Below, one piece after another: positions 24,801 to 37,891 of a stretch of DNA of 64,000 nt. Numbering within the stretch: position 1 is the stretch's first letter; each line of letters begins with the position of its first letter. Below the pieces are notes generated by a model. It ran no database searches, was not told where the DNA came from, and saw only the letters and a list, made by a program, of their open reading frames with translations. The stretch covers positions 2,170,001 through 2,234,000 of the forward strand of contig CP075492.1 in NCBI GenBank assembly GCA_021613535.1, in the 5' to 3' direction. Origin of the DNA: Adineta vaga. Lineage: Eukaryota > Animalia > Rotifera. Both the position numbers and the translations under genes were made by a program.

Positions 24801-26540
24801 CATTGAATGAATAAGTAAAAAGTTTGAATCTCGATTACATATATATGCATAAGGTAATAATACAATAGAATGTTGAGTATAAGCAAACATTTCGTCGTCT
24901 TCTCCACGACAATTGATTATGTTATCACCAGTTGCAACTTGTAATAAACATTTCGTTGGATCTGATAAACATTGAAATCGATTTGAATCGTTCAAATGAC
25001 ATGCATTGAATTGTTCATCTTCACCATAATAACAATCAGATTGACCATCACCAATACGATTGTATGAAATACATTTCATCGATTTGTTACAATAAAAATC
25101 AGATAAATTTGTACAGAATGTTTCAGTACCTTTCTTTCGACAATATCGATTGTAATCTGAAAATATGCTAAATACATCATTAAAATTGTTTAATTTATAA
25201 AACAATGAGAAATTCACAGGAGAAAAACGTGTTAATCCATTAATAACTTGAATAGGAACTATATCCAATACCAATCGAGGACATGCTTGTGCATGAAAAC
25301 ATACGAGATCAGGTTCTATTGATGCTTTGAAATCATCCACAGATCGATTAGTAAAATACACAAATTGAAAGAATCCAAATAAAACTGGAACAGCAGGTAT
25401 AACTAACCATTCCGATTCACAATGTTTAGATAAAGGTTCACAATCTTCATCTCTAATATCTTCCAAAATTGGAAATAATTCAATACCTGTATGATCTATA
25501 CCTCCGTAACCAAATTTTCGATTGGCATGAAGCGCACAATAGAATGCTTTTTGACAATCAATATTTGAAATATGTTCCATACTCGTTAGTATCGCTAGAG
25601 ATACTTTTTTATCTTTCTCATTTGAACAAAATGTTCTATCATTTGGTAGAACATAATTAAGTAAATATTCACCATCACCGCATTGAAAAGATTTAGGATA
25701 TCGACCAATACGTTCTTGACATCGAAATGTGGACGTAAGTGAGCAAAACATATTTCTTAATGAAGTTGCAAAGTAACGATCTTCACCTTCGTCACTGCCA
25801 TCAAGACAATCAGTACTAAATCTACTATCTTTTAAAAATGTTTGTGGAATACATTGACCACCATAATGACATCGATATTCATCATCATTACATTTCGTCA
25901 TTTCTAATTCATCACAAAATTCTTCATCTTCACCATTCATACAATCAAATTTTCCATCACAAATATCGTACCGATCAAGACATAATGGCCATGATCTTCC
26001 ATTACAATTCGTTAGAAATCGATAACATGTTCCATGAAAAATATTAGCTCTTATATCATCTTGTTTCTTGAAAGTTATTTGAATAATATCCTCTAATGAT
26101 AGATTTTGTTCAAAAGGAAATTTATATTGACACATTGAACCAAACCAAGGTGATGAACAATTATGGAAAACATCTGAATCATTAAAAAATCTTTCATAGT
26201 CTTCTGCTACGTCAATAGCTGAAAACCATCGAAGTAATTGTTCACTTGTCACACTTTGTCTTTTCAATTGTTCAAAACTTAATGTTTGAATGATATTTTC
26301 ACGAATTGGATATTGAGTTTCATCTTGTTCTTCATTATTATCAGGTCGTCGACAATAGGGAATTAAATGATAGTTTTGTACATAATTTATTCCCATCTGT
26401 TTTTCACCATCAACTAAAGAAGCATGTAAACAATCGTATGTTTGATAGGAACCTTGAAGAATGCTCGAATAATAAAGTAAATGAGAAGCATTTACTGATA
26501 TACACAGATTGAGAACGAAGATTGTCTTTAATATGATCAT
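21823..26540 (-). pseudogene. LDLa/EGF 7TM receptor paralogue, apparently disrupted near 24400-24460
   Basis: A 734-aa LDLa ORF and a 797-aa EGF/7TM ORF in different frames. The downstream frame extends upstream through NDEYLC to a TGA near 24403, and I found no clean intron to bridge them. Confidence 0.7.
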
Positions 26541-27009
26541 CTATCTATATAAAGAAGAAAGTTTGTCTTTTCGCTATGCATTCAGTCCCTGTAATCTTGA
26601 GGGTGGGTTTTTGCATCCAAGATGGACAGCTGCAATGTCTGGGTTGGGTTCTCAAAAAAAACTGAATCTGGAGTGAAGGTTATAAACTAGAGAATGACTT
26701 GCAGCGAGCGTCTGAGAATAGGCGCAGATCTACGGAGGGGACTGGAGTTGCAGCGAGACAAAACCAGTAGGAAAGAACTAATGCAGAGATGCGAAAAGTT
26801 CTGAAAAAAAGACCTTGTGCATGGCGCGAAAAAGGATATAGGAGGAGCCTCAGTACGAAGGAGAAAGACTTGTGGAAGACAGTTAACGCGCGTTGAGTGA
26901 CGAACCGACGGGTAAATACCAATGGAGAGGTCCGGTGGATGATGAGAAGAGCACTGTTGTAGATGGAAAACGTAAATTGCGTCCTCTTTGCAGCGGGTAT
27001 CTCCACTAG
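26540..27009 (+). mobile_element. Probable non-autonomous Helitron (470 bp)
   Basis: 5' TCTATCTATATAAAG after an A; 3' GCGGGTATCTCCACTAG before a T; no TSD; GC-richer than the flanks. The subterminal hairpin is weak. Confidence 0.55.
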
Positions 27010-27832
27010 TTTTTTTTATAAATGGAAATATTGTGATATAAAACGGAGTTGTTTTTTTTATCAAACTCACACAAGCATATGTGCATGCATTTTTCTTTTT
27101 TTTAATATTTTAATGTGTTAGATAAAACACAAATTAACGCGTTTCCTTTAAATACACTTTCCACTAGCAAAAGGCATTAAATGTGATATGATATTCAAAA
27201 AAAAACTTGCATTAAAATCAGATAAGGACAACATAGAATGTGCACTAGATAAATTTCATTAGATCAACATCGGTAGTCATATTTGATTTTCATACAGATT
27301 ACACATTCTTTTATGTCAGTGTATTCATTAATTTTCGAGCAGATTGTAAATTTTGTTAAGGTGATATATTTTTCTTAGTTAACATTGATTAGTTGATTGT
27401 TTTCTCTTTCTACTGTCAGTGGTTGATCGATATATCCGCGCAGTTCATAATCTTGAGTAAAAGTGGCCGTTAAAGACCGCATTTACACTCCTCACACACA
27501 TTTTTGTCTCAAACTGACTTTGAAAATAAATTTCAATTTATTGACAAGCTTTCGATTTTGATTTTTCTCTAAACCATTCGATTTGAATTCGAATATCGAT
27601 GAGAAGAGAAAATGAAAATCTTTTCTTTCAATTTCGTCTTCTTTCTTAATTTTTATCGATATTTTTTCAAGAAAAATCCTTAGTTGATTAAATCAAATGA
27701 AATTTAGATTTTCAAAATGTTTCAGAATGCTTTGTTTTTCATTTGAAAAACTTCGAATCAAATAATCGCATAGAAGAATTCAACAATATATCATCAATTT
27801 TATAAACATTTTCCTGTTTGCATAAATTGACA

Positions 27833-27879
27833 AAGGGTGGGTGCGGGTATTCGTCTATTAGACACCCGCACTCTCAAGA
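27833..27879. repeat. Inverted telomere-like hairpin element
   Basis: AAGGGTGGGTGCGGGT...ACACCCGCACTCTCAAGA. Confidence 0.75.
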
Positions 27880-28076
27880 TAATTTTTTTTACTGATCTAT
27901 ATAACTAAACTAGTGGAGTATGTATGTGAATCATGTAGAATCATCATATTTTTTTCCTTTGTAAAAACGAGATGTGCATTTTATTTTTGTTAATATATAT
28001 ACACAAGAAAGTGATAAAACAGAACGGTAAAAACAAATTATTTGTATATCTTTTGTGTATATATTCTTTATTTTTG

Positions 28077-28153
28077 CTTGAGGGTGTGGGTGTGAGTAGT
28101 AGCTTTGATATAGATTTAAAACAACAGTCGTACTAACTTTCACATCCTCATGA
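28077..28153. repeat. Inverted telomere-like hairpin element
   Basis: CTTGAGGGTGTGGGTGTGAG...CACATCCTCATGA. Confidence 0.65.
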
Positions 28154-29731
28154 CGGTTCTGCAAACGTGTTACAGAACTATCAATAGTTTCGTGTATCAC
28201 ATAGAAAATCTGCAAATACTTTTTTTCTTGTCAACTGCGGAACCTTTTTCATCTTACCTGACTGAAAAACTTTCGATACTTAGATTGTACGGATTCTAAC
28301 ACTATAGAACAAACTGTTTCCCATTTATTTTCACTTGTCATCGTGAAAACATGTTCGCACGTGCCATATTTTTTTTCCTTCCGAACGACGTTGTCGCGCA
28401 TACACTAATATGTACATACGTATTGCGGAAAATGATTTACCTGTAATATATTTTATTTTTCTCCTAATCGAAGTAGCCTCTTTTCGATTGAGACAATGCG
28501 TAGTTGTAGTTGCAAAATCGGTATTTATATCTAATCCATTTTTATTCTTTCGTAACAAAAGTGGTAAGTTCTGTCTTTAATCTGGAATCATATTCTAGTC
28601 AGATAGTTCGGTAAGTGTTTATGGTGATCGTAGCTAACTCTCTACTAATAAGGTAGAGATCCGTACGAGAGCATTAATATGGAATATCTTATATACTTAT
28701 TCGAGAAAAGTTCTTTATCGAACCGAAAGCAGGATGCATGCAAACTTGTTTCGTATCTGTTGGTTTAGTACAGAACCTATTAGACTCGTTACAACTCCGT
28801 TTTTTTACAATGATAGTGATATATAGAAATATTGACATCAATGCTCAAAACTTATATAGTGGAAATCAACGTTTCAATATGCATGATCTATAATCAAAGT
28901 GGAGGAGACGTATGCGTTGATGATACTACGCCTTCATTTATTTATTTCTCTCAATAACTGCATCGGTTTGATACAAAACACGTTTATATACACATCCATC
29001 AATAGAATGAAAAGAAAGGTAATACCGAAGCAAGGATACACAGCATGCGTACACCGCATGTTGGCGAGAGCGTCACAAGGTGATTAAAATTAAAATTTTC
29101 CAATCGTTTTTGGTGCTAGCTCCACATCGATATTTTTGTAAGGATCTAGTTTGTAGATTATATTGAGTAGAAATCATGACTAAAGTTTAGAAAGATGTAG
29201 AGTTCGCAAGTGTTATTTAATAAAAACTGAAAAATGACGCATTCCAAATTGTTCACAAGTATTTAGTTCTGCTGCGAATAGTTTTTTTTTCTCAAAAGTG
29301 TATGCGATGTTTATTACTTACTCGTCATTAAATCTCAGCTAGTCAGCATATTTTTTCGTTCATATTAGTCTACGAGTCGAATGCAGTGGTGTAACGATCA
29401 AATAGTTTCGCTGCATTTATACTTTTCTAAGTCTATTCAGTTTCTCTCTCTCCCTTTTTCAGATTACTATCATGATTATCTACTATTTCAATGTATCTCT
29501 AGAGTATGCTTATCATTTATATCCACTCCTGTTAATTCTTTGCATTAATCTAACATGAAATAGTGGTCTAAATTTACGTAAACATCAACGAACATATCAG
29601 TGTAGGAAAATAATAGTTTTCTTGATTTTGTATCAAATTATAAATGAATTTTGACTGAATTTAATTGTTGCTAAAAACTTAATATGTCTCATAGTTTATT
29701 CTTCAATTTATATATATATACAATATTTTAG

Positions 29732-31207
29732 ATGGCCAACAATATAGAAGAAAACAATGGGATTAATAATTGTTCGATGAATAATAACGAACTTATCTCG
29801 AATGATTCAACTGTCAACCTACAACTGACAGATACACATTGTCATGTACAGGACGAAGCATTTGATCATGATGCACGAAATCGCCTTGTTCTAGTGCTTT
29901 TTGTTTGTACGATATTTTTAGTTATTGAACTTATTGGTATGTTTGTTTATTTTTTACCAGTAACCAAGAGAAAATCAGAGAACTTTTTTAATTTATGTAG
30001 GCGGTTTTCTTTCGAATTCAACCGCTGTTATGACAGATGCAGCTCATATGGCTATTGATATCGGTAGTTTTCTCATATCATTAATAGCCATGTATCTTGG
30101 AACAAAACGGCCGACTCGAAAACTTTCATACGCATATGCGAGAGCAGGTTATTTTATTTACTATTGCTAGTTTTTTCTAAGTATGAATAACCGAATTTTT
30201 CCTCTTCAGACGTACTTGGAGCATTCATCAGTATACTAGCTATATGGGTAGTTACTACTATACTTGTCTATGCAGCCGTGAGACGTTGTATTCATCAAAA
30301 TTTTGTGGTATATCCCACTGAAATGATCATTGTAGCAGCATTGGGTGTTTTCTTCAATATCATGTAAGTATATTACTTGAGCACTCAAGCGTGTCTATCG
30401 GGTAATTTTGTTTGATAGAATGTATTTCGTTTTACATGGAAACGCACTTGGAAAATTGCTTCCGCATGGACATTCACATGATGACAAATACGAAGAACTT
30501 GGTGATGATAATCATGATATATCGTCTGACGTAAATAGCAACGTTAACAAAAATATCAATATACGAGCTGCCATGATACATGTCATTGGCGATTTTATTC
30601 AAAGTGTTGGTGTTCTTATTGCTGCTATACTTATTAAAATAAATGTAGATTAAGTACAATATAAAAGAAATATAACATCTTTCACAAATATTTTGTATTT
30701 TTTAGCCAGATTATAAATTAGCTGATCCAATATGTACTTTTATCTTTTCTGTATTAGTCATTTTTACGACTGTGACTATTTTGCATGAGATCCTTATTGT
30801 ACTGATGGAGGGTATAGCTATATTATAATTTTTACTCTTGTATGATTCTATATGTTTTATTAGGAGTTCCTGCCGATGTTGATTATCAAAAAGTTGTTGA
30901 TGATCTTCTTGCAATTCCTGGTGTGCATAACATGCATAGTTTACATATCTGGTCACTATCTTTACATAAAATTGCTTTATCTGTTCATATAGCAATAGGT
31001 TAGATTTTTTTTGTGTATACAATTTATATATATACATATTTTTCTATATTATTTCTAGATCACAGCAAAGATTCTATGGCGATATTGAACGAAGCCCAAT
31101 CAGTACTCCGTTGTAAGCATTCCATCAATCGAACAACGATACAAGTTGAACTATATAATAAAGAAATTATAGATTCATGTGACAACTGTCGTGGACCAGA
31201 AACTTGA
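29732..31207 (+). CDS. SLC30/ZnT cation-diffusion-facilitator zinc transporter (ZnT2/8-like), multi-exon
   Basis: Spliced motifs [16 protein letters not shown], His loop [44 protein letters not shown] and TTIQVE; short GT-AG introns. Confidence 0.92.
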
Positions 31208-31377
31208 ACTGAGCATTGTTCTCGTAAAGGACTTCTATTAAATTCTTTTTCAATTACATTTCTTCGCATTTTAATATATTAATATGACTATTTGAAGATT
31301 TAAAGAAATGAATGAGAATTTTGAGCGCATGTTGATATGCATTATTAGTTTTTCAGATATAGTCATGCTTTTTTGAT

Positions 31378-31419
31378 GAAGGGTGTGAGAGCAGTAGTAT
31401 TGAAACACTCACACCCTTC
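31378..31419. repeat. Inverted telomere-like hairpin element
   Basis: Perfect 12-bp arms GAAGGGTGTGAG/CTCACACCCTTC. Confidence 0.8.
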
Positions 31420-31759
31420 GATGAATAAGAGGCAGTAAGAAAAGATTCAACTACAATATCACCTTCATCAAATGTTAAATTAGTCGAATCAAATGGATTT
31501 GTAATTTGTTTGAAATTTACCAATGTCCAACTAAATATTATGGTTTCTTTTTGAAATGTAAAAAAATTCAAAGAATTTGATCAAAGTATACGAGAAATTG
31601 TCTATTACCGAAATTTTAATGTATTATCTACGATTTCTAAATGTCACAAAACGTTTCAGCGAAGTCTCTTGAATATCTATTGGAAATTTATTTCAAAGAT
31701 TAAAGCAAAAATCAGTACATAGAGAGAAATGTTTGATGATTTTAATAGATAAAAGGAAT

Positions 31760-32716
31760 TTATTTCGATCCAGTAAATATGTTTGCGAGTGTTTTATTCT
31801 TTTTACATCTATCAAAAAAGGAATTTATGCATTGAAAGAGAAAAAAATAAACTTTGAACTACTTACCCTTGTATGAATTGTTGTTTATTCAATTTTTGTG
31901 TTTTATTCAGACGAAATTCTCGAAAAATATTTTCAACAGTTTGATTCATATCATCTTCATCAGCTTTTCCATATCCAACAGCCAATATTGTCTAAAAGAT
32001 AAAGAAAACAAATTAAATTTATTTTCTCTATTTAAATCATACAGCTTTTTGTAAATAACTTTTTAATTCATCAAAACTAATTTGTCCATCACCTGATATA
32101 TCCATTCTAAATATTTCAAAACAAAAAAAAGTTAATTTCTTGAAAAAAACAAACTCGAATATTACACTTCAAATGAAAAATCCAATATACTATCTAAATC
32201 TGTTTTATTATGTGCAAGAATAGCAAAAACAAATTCAGTAAAACTAATAGAACCATCATGATTAGTATCAAATGCAGCAAATGTATTTCTTAAAAACAAA
32301 ACAAAACATATAAAATATACATAAAAAGAAAAGTAAAATATACCCAGCTAAAATTCCATCTTCATCATCGGATCCGATAGATTTTGTATAATATCGACGA
32401 AATTCATCTTTAGTTATTTTTCCATCACCTGCTCCACCACCTTTTTGAAAATCCTTAACATAAATCGAGATCATTTTTATGTTTAATTAAGGTCATATTT
32501 ACATTATACATATCTCGAATTTCTAAATAGAAAATTAAATCAAATGGTTATTTATTAAAAAATGCCTTTTTTTTAACCTTTTTCAGTCAGTTTTGTATTT
32601 GCTTTTAATGCAGCGATTTCTAATAGATTTAATTTGTTTTTAGATTAACGAAAAAAGAAAATTTTACCTCCATTGCCTAATGTTGCTGAATGATCTTTAC
32701 AAATTTCATTACCCAT
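31760..32716 (-). CDS. Neuronal-calcium-sensor-type EF-hand protein, multi-exon
   Basis: MGNEIC myristoylation-type start; EF loops DGKITKDEF, DTNHDGSISFTEF and DISGDGQISFDEL; C-terminus FIQGCKKNKTLANIF. Confidence 0.8.
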
Positions 32717-33055
32717 TATTTTGTTTTGTCTTGAATGAAATGATAGTTGTTCGCAAAAAAACCAATTACTTTTATCAAGGTAAAGAAAATATAATTATGA
32801 TAATGAATCGATGATAATTAAAATACCTCAGGTGAAATTGACATATTATTCATCACAATGCATTAAATGAAAAGATGAAATTAATTTGATTTGGTAACAA
32901 AATGTCAATGTATAATATCATTAAATTTTTATCTATTTAAGTCATCTGTCATTATATCAATTTTATAGTATCGCAATATACACGCTAAAGAGAAAAAGAA
33001 TTTCTTTAGGGTGAAATGACTTGTTAGTAGTTGTGAGAAATGAAACTGTATTATT

Positions 33056-33098
33056 TTGAGGGTGTGAGAGCATTAGTATTGAAACATCCACACCCTTC
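33056..33098. repeat. Inverted telomere-like hairpin element (near-identical to the 31378 copy)
   Basis: TTGAGGGTGTGAGAGCATTAGTATTGAAACATCCACACCCTTC. Confidence 0.8.
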
Positions 33099-33174
33099 TT
33101 TATAGAATGTAAAGAATTAGAGCAATTATTTATTCAATAAGACGATAAAATCCGCATGTTAATCTTTACAACAT

Positions 33175-34197
33175 TCATTGTGGCTGCGCGGGATTAATAT
33201 TTGCCAGTATCGGTCGTATTCTCATCGGAAAATATTTAATTAATCCCAAACGGATACAATGTTTCATTTCCTTGCGAAATTTGGAACTTGCCATCGTATA
33301 AATATAAAATCCAGTAACAGAATTGGTATAATAAAGGAGTCCGGCTATAACATTAGCACAAGTATAAATCATATTTTGTAGTAATGAAAGATCATATTTA
33401 TACTTAACTACAGCTAATGTATAGAACATAGTGGTACCTATATATGGAAGTGACATTATAACAGTGATGAGTATTTGAAATAAAAGCATTTTAGCCATAT
33501 GACGATCATTAGAACGTATGTGATCATTTCGTGCATTGTTAGCATGTGGAACAATACGGACATGTACACTGCGAACATTATGTAAAATTAAAATACCGAA
33601 TATACACATCAAAAGAATTGGTAAAATGCAACATAGTATAGGCACGAAAAAGTTAAAGAAAACAAAGTATTCTTCGGAACTCACGCCACAATCAAATCCA
33701 TTATTAGAAGTTGGAACCAACTCATAATATATAAACAAGTGCACAAGAAGTAGAAGAAAGACGATATAAATACCAACGATCACTCGACGTGCTATTTTCA
33801 AACTACTCAAGTGACGAACTTGTATGTTTCGTGAACTTGAGAGAAATCGATCGATACTGGCAAGTACAGGAAACCATAATATAAGTGTAAATGGCAAATA
33901 TCCAATGATGATGTCTAATTTACACCAAAAATTGCTTTTTGGTAGTATATACACATGCCAGATACTTGAAAGATAATTTATCAACTCGAATAGATACATA
34001 AACAAAATATTATTGATTGAACTAGCTATAAAATATATCGAACATGGATTAGTTCGTAGATTAGGACGAGTAAAAAGAATAATATTAAGTACATTTCCAA
34101 ATGTTCCAAAAGTTAAATGAAATGGTGGAGTGATTTGAGATATTCGTATTGTAACGAAATAGATGCTGATAGCCAAATTATAAGTTGAATTCGACAT
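33175..34197 (-). CDS. Rhodopsin-like GPCR (single exon)
   Basis: GTFGNVLN, LRTNPCSIYF, SIDRF and YIYTMASSKFR; seven hydrophobic segments. Confidence 0.9.
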   Translation of the reverse strand: MSNSTYNLAISIYFVTIRISQITPPFHLTFGTFGNVLNIILFTRPNLRTNPCSIYFIASSINNILFMYLFELINYLSSIWHVYILPKSNFWCKLDIIIGYLPFTLILWFPVLASIDRFLSSSRNIQVRHLSSLKIARRVIVGIYIVFLLLLVHLFIYYELVPTSNNGFDCGVSSEEYFVFFNFFVPILCCILPILLMCIFGILILHNVRSVHVRIVPHANNARNDHIRSNDRHMAKMLLFQILITVIMSLPYIGTTMFYTLAVVKYKYDLSLLQNMIYTCANVIAGLLYYTNSVTGFYIYTMASSKFRKEMKHCIRLGLIKYFPMRIRPILANINPAQPQ

Positions 34198-35099
34198 GAT
34201 AAAGACTGAAAATAATTCTCGAAGCTATACTTTCAATATGTTGATCTAATCTAAGAAACTTCTTGAAATATTAACTTTCTATAAAAGTACTCGTCTTTTT
34301 TCCAGACCGTTAAAACTTTTCTATCATAAATTATAATTAAATTATTTGCAGAAAAACAACTTGTGACAAGTTTTTCAAAAAAATTTAATTTCCTGTGTTC
34401 TTAGAACTAATCTTCTATTGAATCATAACCATACATAACCTTAATTTTTAAAATTCGATATATGTATCATAAGATTAGTATAAAATCATGAAATATATAT
34501 AATATATATATATAGGTGTTAGCCGTATGGCTTAGTAATGAGGGTGTTTTTATTTGGAGATGGAAATTGAATGTAATTTTATAAATTCTTTTACAGAATA
34601 TTTCTATTGTTGTTCTACTAGGTAATTTATATTGTCTAAAATAAAGTGGTGTAAATATTGTATAGCTGAGGACGTGGACAAGGTTTCTGTCATTGTATAC
34701 TCACACCTACTCTCAAGAGTAGATATCAAATAAAAACTTTAAGAGGAAAGTTTTAACTGTTTATATGTGGTTTGATACAATCATTTTTTGAAACGACAAA
34801 GTAATTAATCAACGATCAAATAAATATATATCGATGTTTATTCATTTAGTTCTCGTCTATAATCTGCAAATTATGCATCAGTTATATATTAAAATTTGGA
34901 ACATTCATACAAAGATAAATATTTGATATTTAGATTCATGTTTCTTTGGTATAATTAGTTTTTTCTCAAAATACATTAAAAAATACCGGTTGTTCATTAT
35001 ATTTCATTAGTCTTTAAGTTTTTCATCTCATAGTTCTTTTTATTTCTTGTTTCACTCAAATTATATTTGCAATAACTGGATTTGATATCGCACTTCATT

Positions 35100-35620
35100 C
35101 ATTATTTTGGTGTAAATTTTTTGTTTATTTTCTTTTTAATGGTATTTTTTTATCTCGTTATTATATATATTTAATATCTATTGATCGATGGTTAGTAACA
35201 TCATTACAAGCACGAATTGGTCAAATGAGTAATTTATTATTTATTCGACGAATTCTTCTAATCACTACAACTATTTGGCTTATTTCAACTTTATTATCTT
35301 AATTTTATTTACGATATTAACTTTAATACGTTTATTAAAGAAAATGTGATCAATAAACATACACCACATATCAATAACCTGATTGAATTAAACGAACGAA
35401 ATAATAATTTACCAATACAAATTCCTAATCAATAACAACAACGAATATCAAATCATAATTTTCAATTAATTAAATTAAGTCTTATTCAAGTATTATCATA
35501 TATAATCATCAATTCTCCTAAGACAATTCATGGAATATATTTATTGTCAACAAGAAATTCGAAAAAAAGTTCAAAACAGCTTGCAATCGTTTCTTACTAT
35601 TATTCGTCATTAATGTTAAT
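35100..35620 (+). pseudogene. Decayed rhodopsin-like GPCR fragment
   Basis: LISIDRWLVTS...QMSN and QLIKLSLIQVLSYIIINSP segments, broken by stops and indels. Confidence 0.5.
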
Positions 35621-35663
35621 CGTTGTTGTTATTTAAGTGAATTTTATTAGGAAAAGTGAATTT

Positions 35664-37008
35664 TTAATAAAAATAACTAGAAAGTAATCCTATATAAAAG
35701 ATTAACAAAACGAATTTTGAACTAAATGATGTCATAAGGCTTGTTGATAATGATGTTGTTGTTGTTATTGGAGGCATTGAAGGTGAGGATGATAATGTTG
35801 TTGTTATTGGAGACATTGAACTTGAGGATGATAATGTTGTTGGAGCTAATAGACATCCATAATATCGCTGTACTTCAGCGATATCTATTGAACTCATACC
35901 GATTCGTTGTCCTAACGGTGTTGTAAGGTTTCGTTTTGGTATAATAGTTGGTTGTCCATTTGAAGTAAATGCATTTGCTTCATAATGCATTACAGACGTA
36001 TAATCGTATGGTAAACTAAGAGTATCAATATCTTCTTCACCATACTTAGCAAAATTGAATTCAGTACCTAAAAAAGAGACATACTATGTTTTTTGATTAT
36101 TCAATTAATTTACCATTGATAATATTTTCCCATTGAATAGAAACATAATCATCACGATCAGGACGAGATTGTTCATGAAAAAAACCTTTGAAATTAGATA
36201 TGAGATAATTCGAACAGGAACATTTCTTTACCTAGTATATGAAGAAGTTCATGTTGAATAATTCCTCTTATCATACAAGTATATGGTGGTGCATACATCA
36301 ATGTAAGAGTACGATTTAATGTATAATTTTGTAGATAACCAACCTTTATTAAAACTAAATATTCTTTTTTCATTTTATCAATTAAAACTTAATTACATGA
36401 GCAGAACAACCAGTGCCATTTTTAATAGTAATAAATATTGGATCAGCATCAGTTTTGGGTCGAAATTGAATACACATACGATTGTTAACTTTAGTTAGAT
36501 CTTCCATTCGTCTCATAGCATCGACAATCAATGCAGAATGATTTGATACTATAAAAAAAAAGAGATTCATTTTTATAAAAACAATTAGAAGAAGAAAAGT
36601 TTTTTTTCTATATACAAATTGATGATGTCATATCGTATGGAATGACGCCTTGAGGCCATCGTTGCCATAATGGTCGACTAGCTGCTCCTCGCTTTTGATC
36701 AAAAAAAGAATATTTCAATATAAATATTATACAAATGGAAATATTTTTACCGGTGCATCCTTAGGAAGGATCATATCACCTTGATAATGACCACCTAAAA
36801 CAAAATTTCATTATTATTAAAGAATAATTTATTTTTGTAATGTTAAACATTTACCCATTTCTTCCGGATTAGTAAGACGTTTAGTCTGAAGGAATAAAAA
36901 TTATATAAGCATCTTTAAAACTATTCTTACTTCTGATACAGGCACGGCATCAAATAAATTCTTGTGAAAAATAACGATCAAAAGAAAACTAACTAAGTAT
37001 TTCATCAT
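35664..37008 (-). CDS. Astacin (M12A) metalloprotease with a Ser/Thr stalk and hydrophobic C-terminus (GPI-like), multi-exon
   Basis: Spliced [19 protein letters not shown] and Met-turn YDYTSVMHY; signal peptide [14 protein letters not shown]; stalk built from about 39-bp repeats. Confidence 0.9.
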
Positions 37009-37891
37009 GAGCAACAAATAAGATGTGATATAAAACAAAATATCTCCAACGTATCTGTCTTTTTATACGATCTCAATAAGTTCGTTAAACGATTTATATC
37101 TGTCGTATAACACTTCATTTCTCTTGAATAATCGCATGTCATCATAGTATTTACAAGTAGCTTTATAACATACCTGTAAGAATTAAATGTTCGTCATCAA
37201 TGATGAATAAGAATGTATATATCTATTCGAAAGGAAAATATAATCATCATAACGACGTATTTTTATCAATAAATGTAGTTTTCGTTTTTGCTGCATGTCA
37301 TTGAAAACTACTATACGTTCTATAACAATATCCATTGAAAAATGCAAAATTATAAGATTTTAAATATTTCGATTTATCAAAAATAAATTCTTTTCGTATT
37401 TCTGATAAACATTTTATTCAAATAGCAAATCTATTCTATAACAACAAGAAAAAAACCCTAATAAAACAATAAATTCATCGAGTAACTTATTTTCTTTAAT
37501 TATTCTTGTTAAATATTTGACAATATCATTGGCGATCTTATAGGCATTGTAAACGATAATAATCGAATATGAGATAAAAATCAATGAAAAATGATATACG
37601 TATCAATATGTTCGAAATGATTGACTATATAAATATTATATTTGACTATTGTATAACGAACGGGATATATATAGTGCCTGAAAGTCAACAAAGAATGATG
37701 TCGATAATATAGTCGACTTTTTCCAACTTAGCAACTGAGACTGTTATTTCGTCTGATGAAATGGCCATGCGGCATGTTCGTTCTCTCCTTGAAAAAGGAG
37801 GAAAAAAAATTGCAATTCGTTTTTATTTGCTTCACTTATTTGTTTTCATAAAGTTACAGAATAACGGAATCAAACGTCGATATTTTCATGA

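Noticed and set aside
26680-27070. Minus-strand ORFs of 108 and 127 aa
   Set aside because: No motifs; best explained as chance ORFs in the GC-richer Helitron-like insert.
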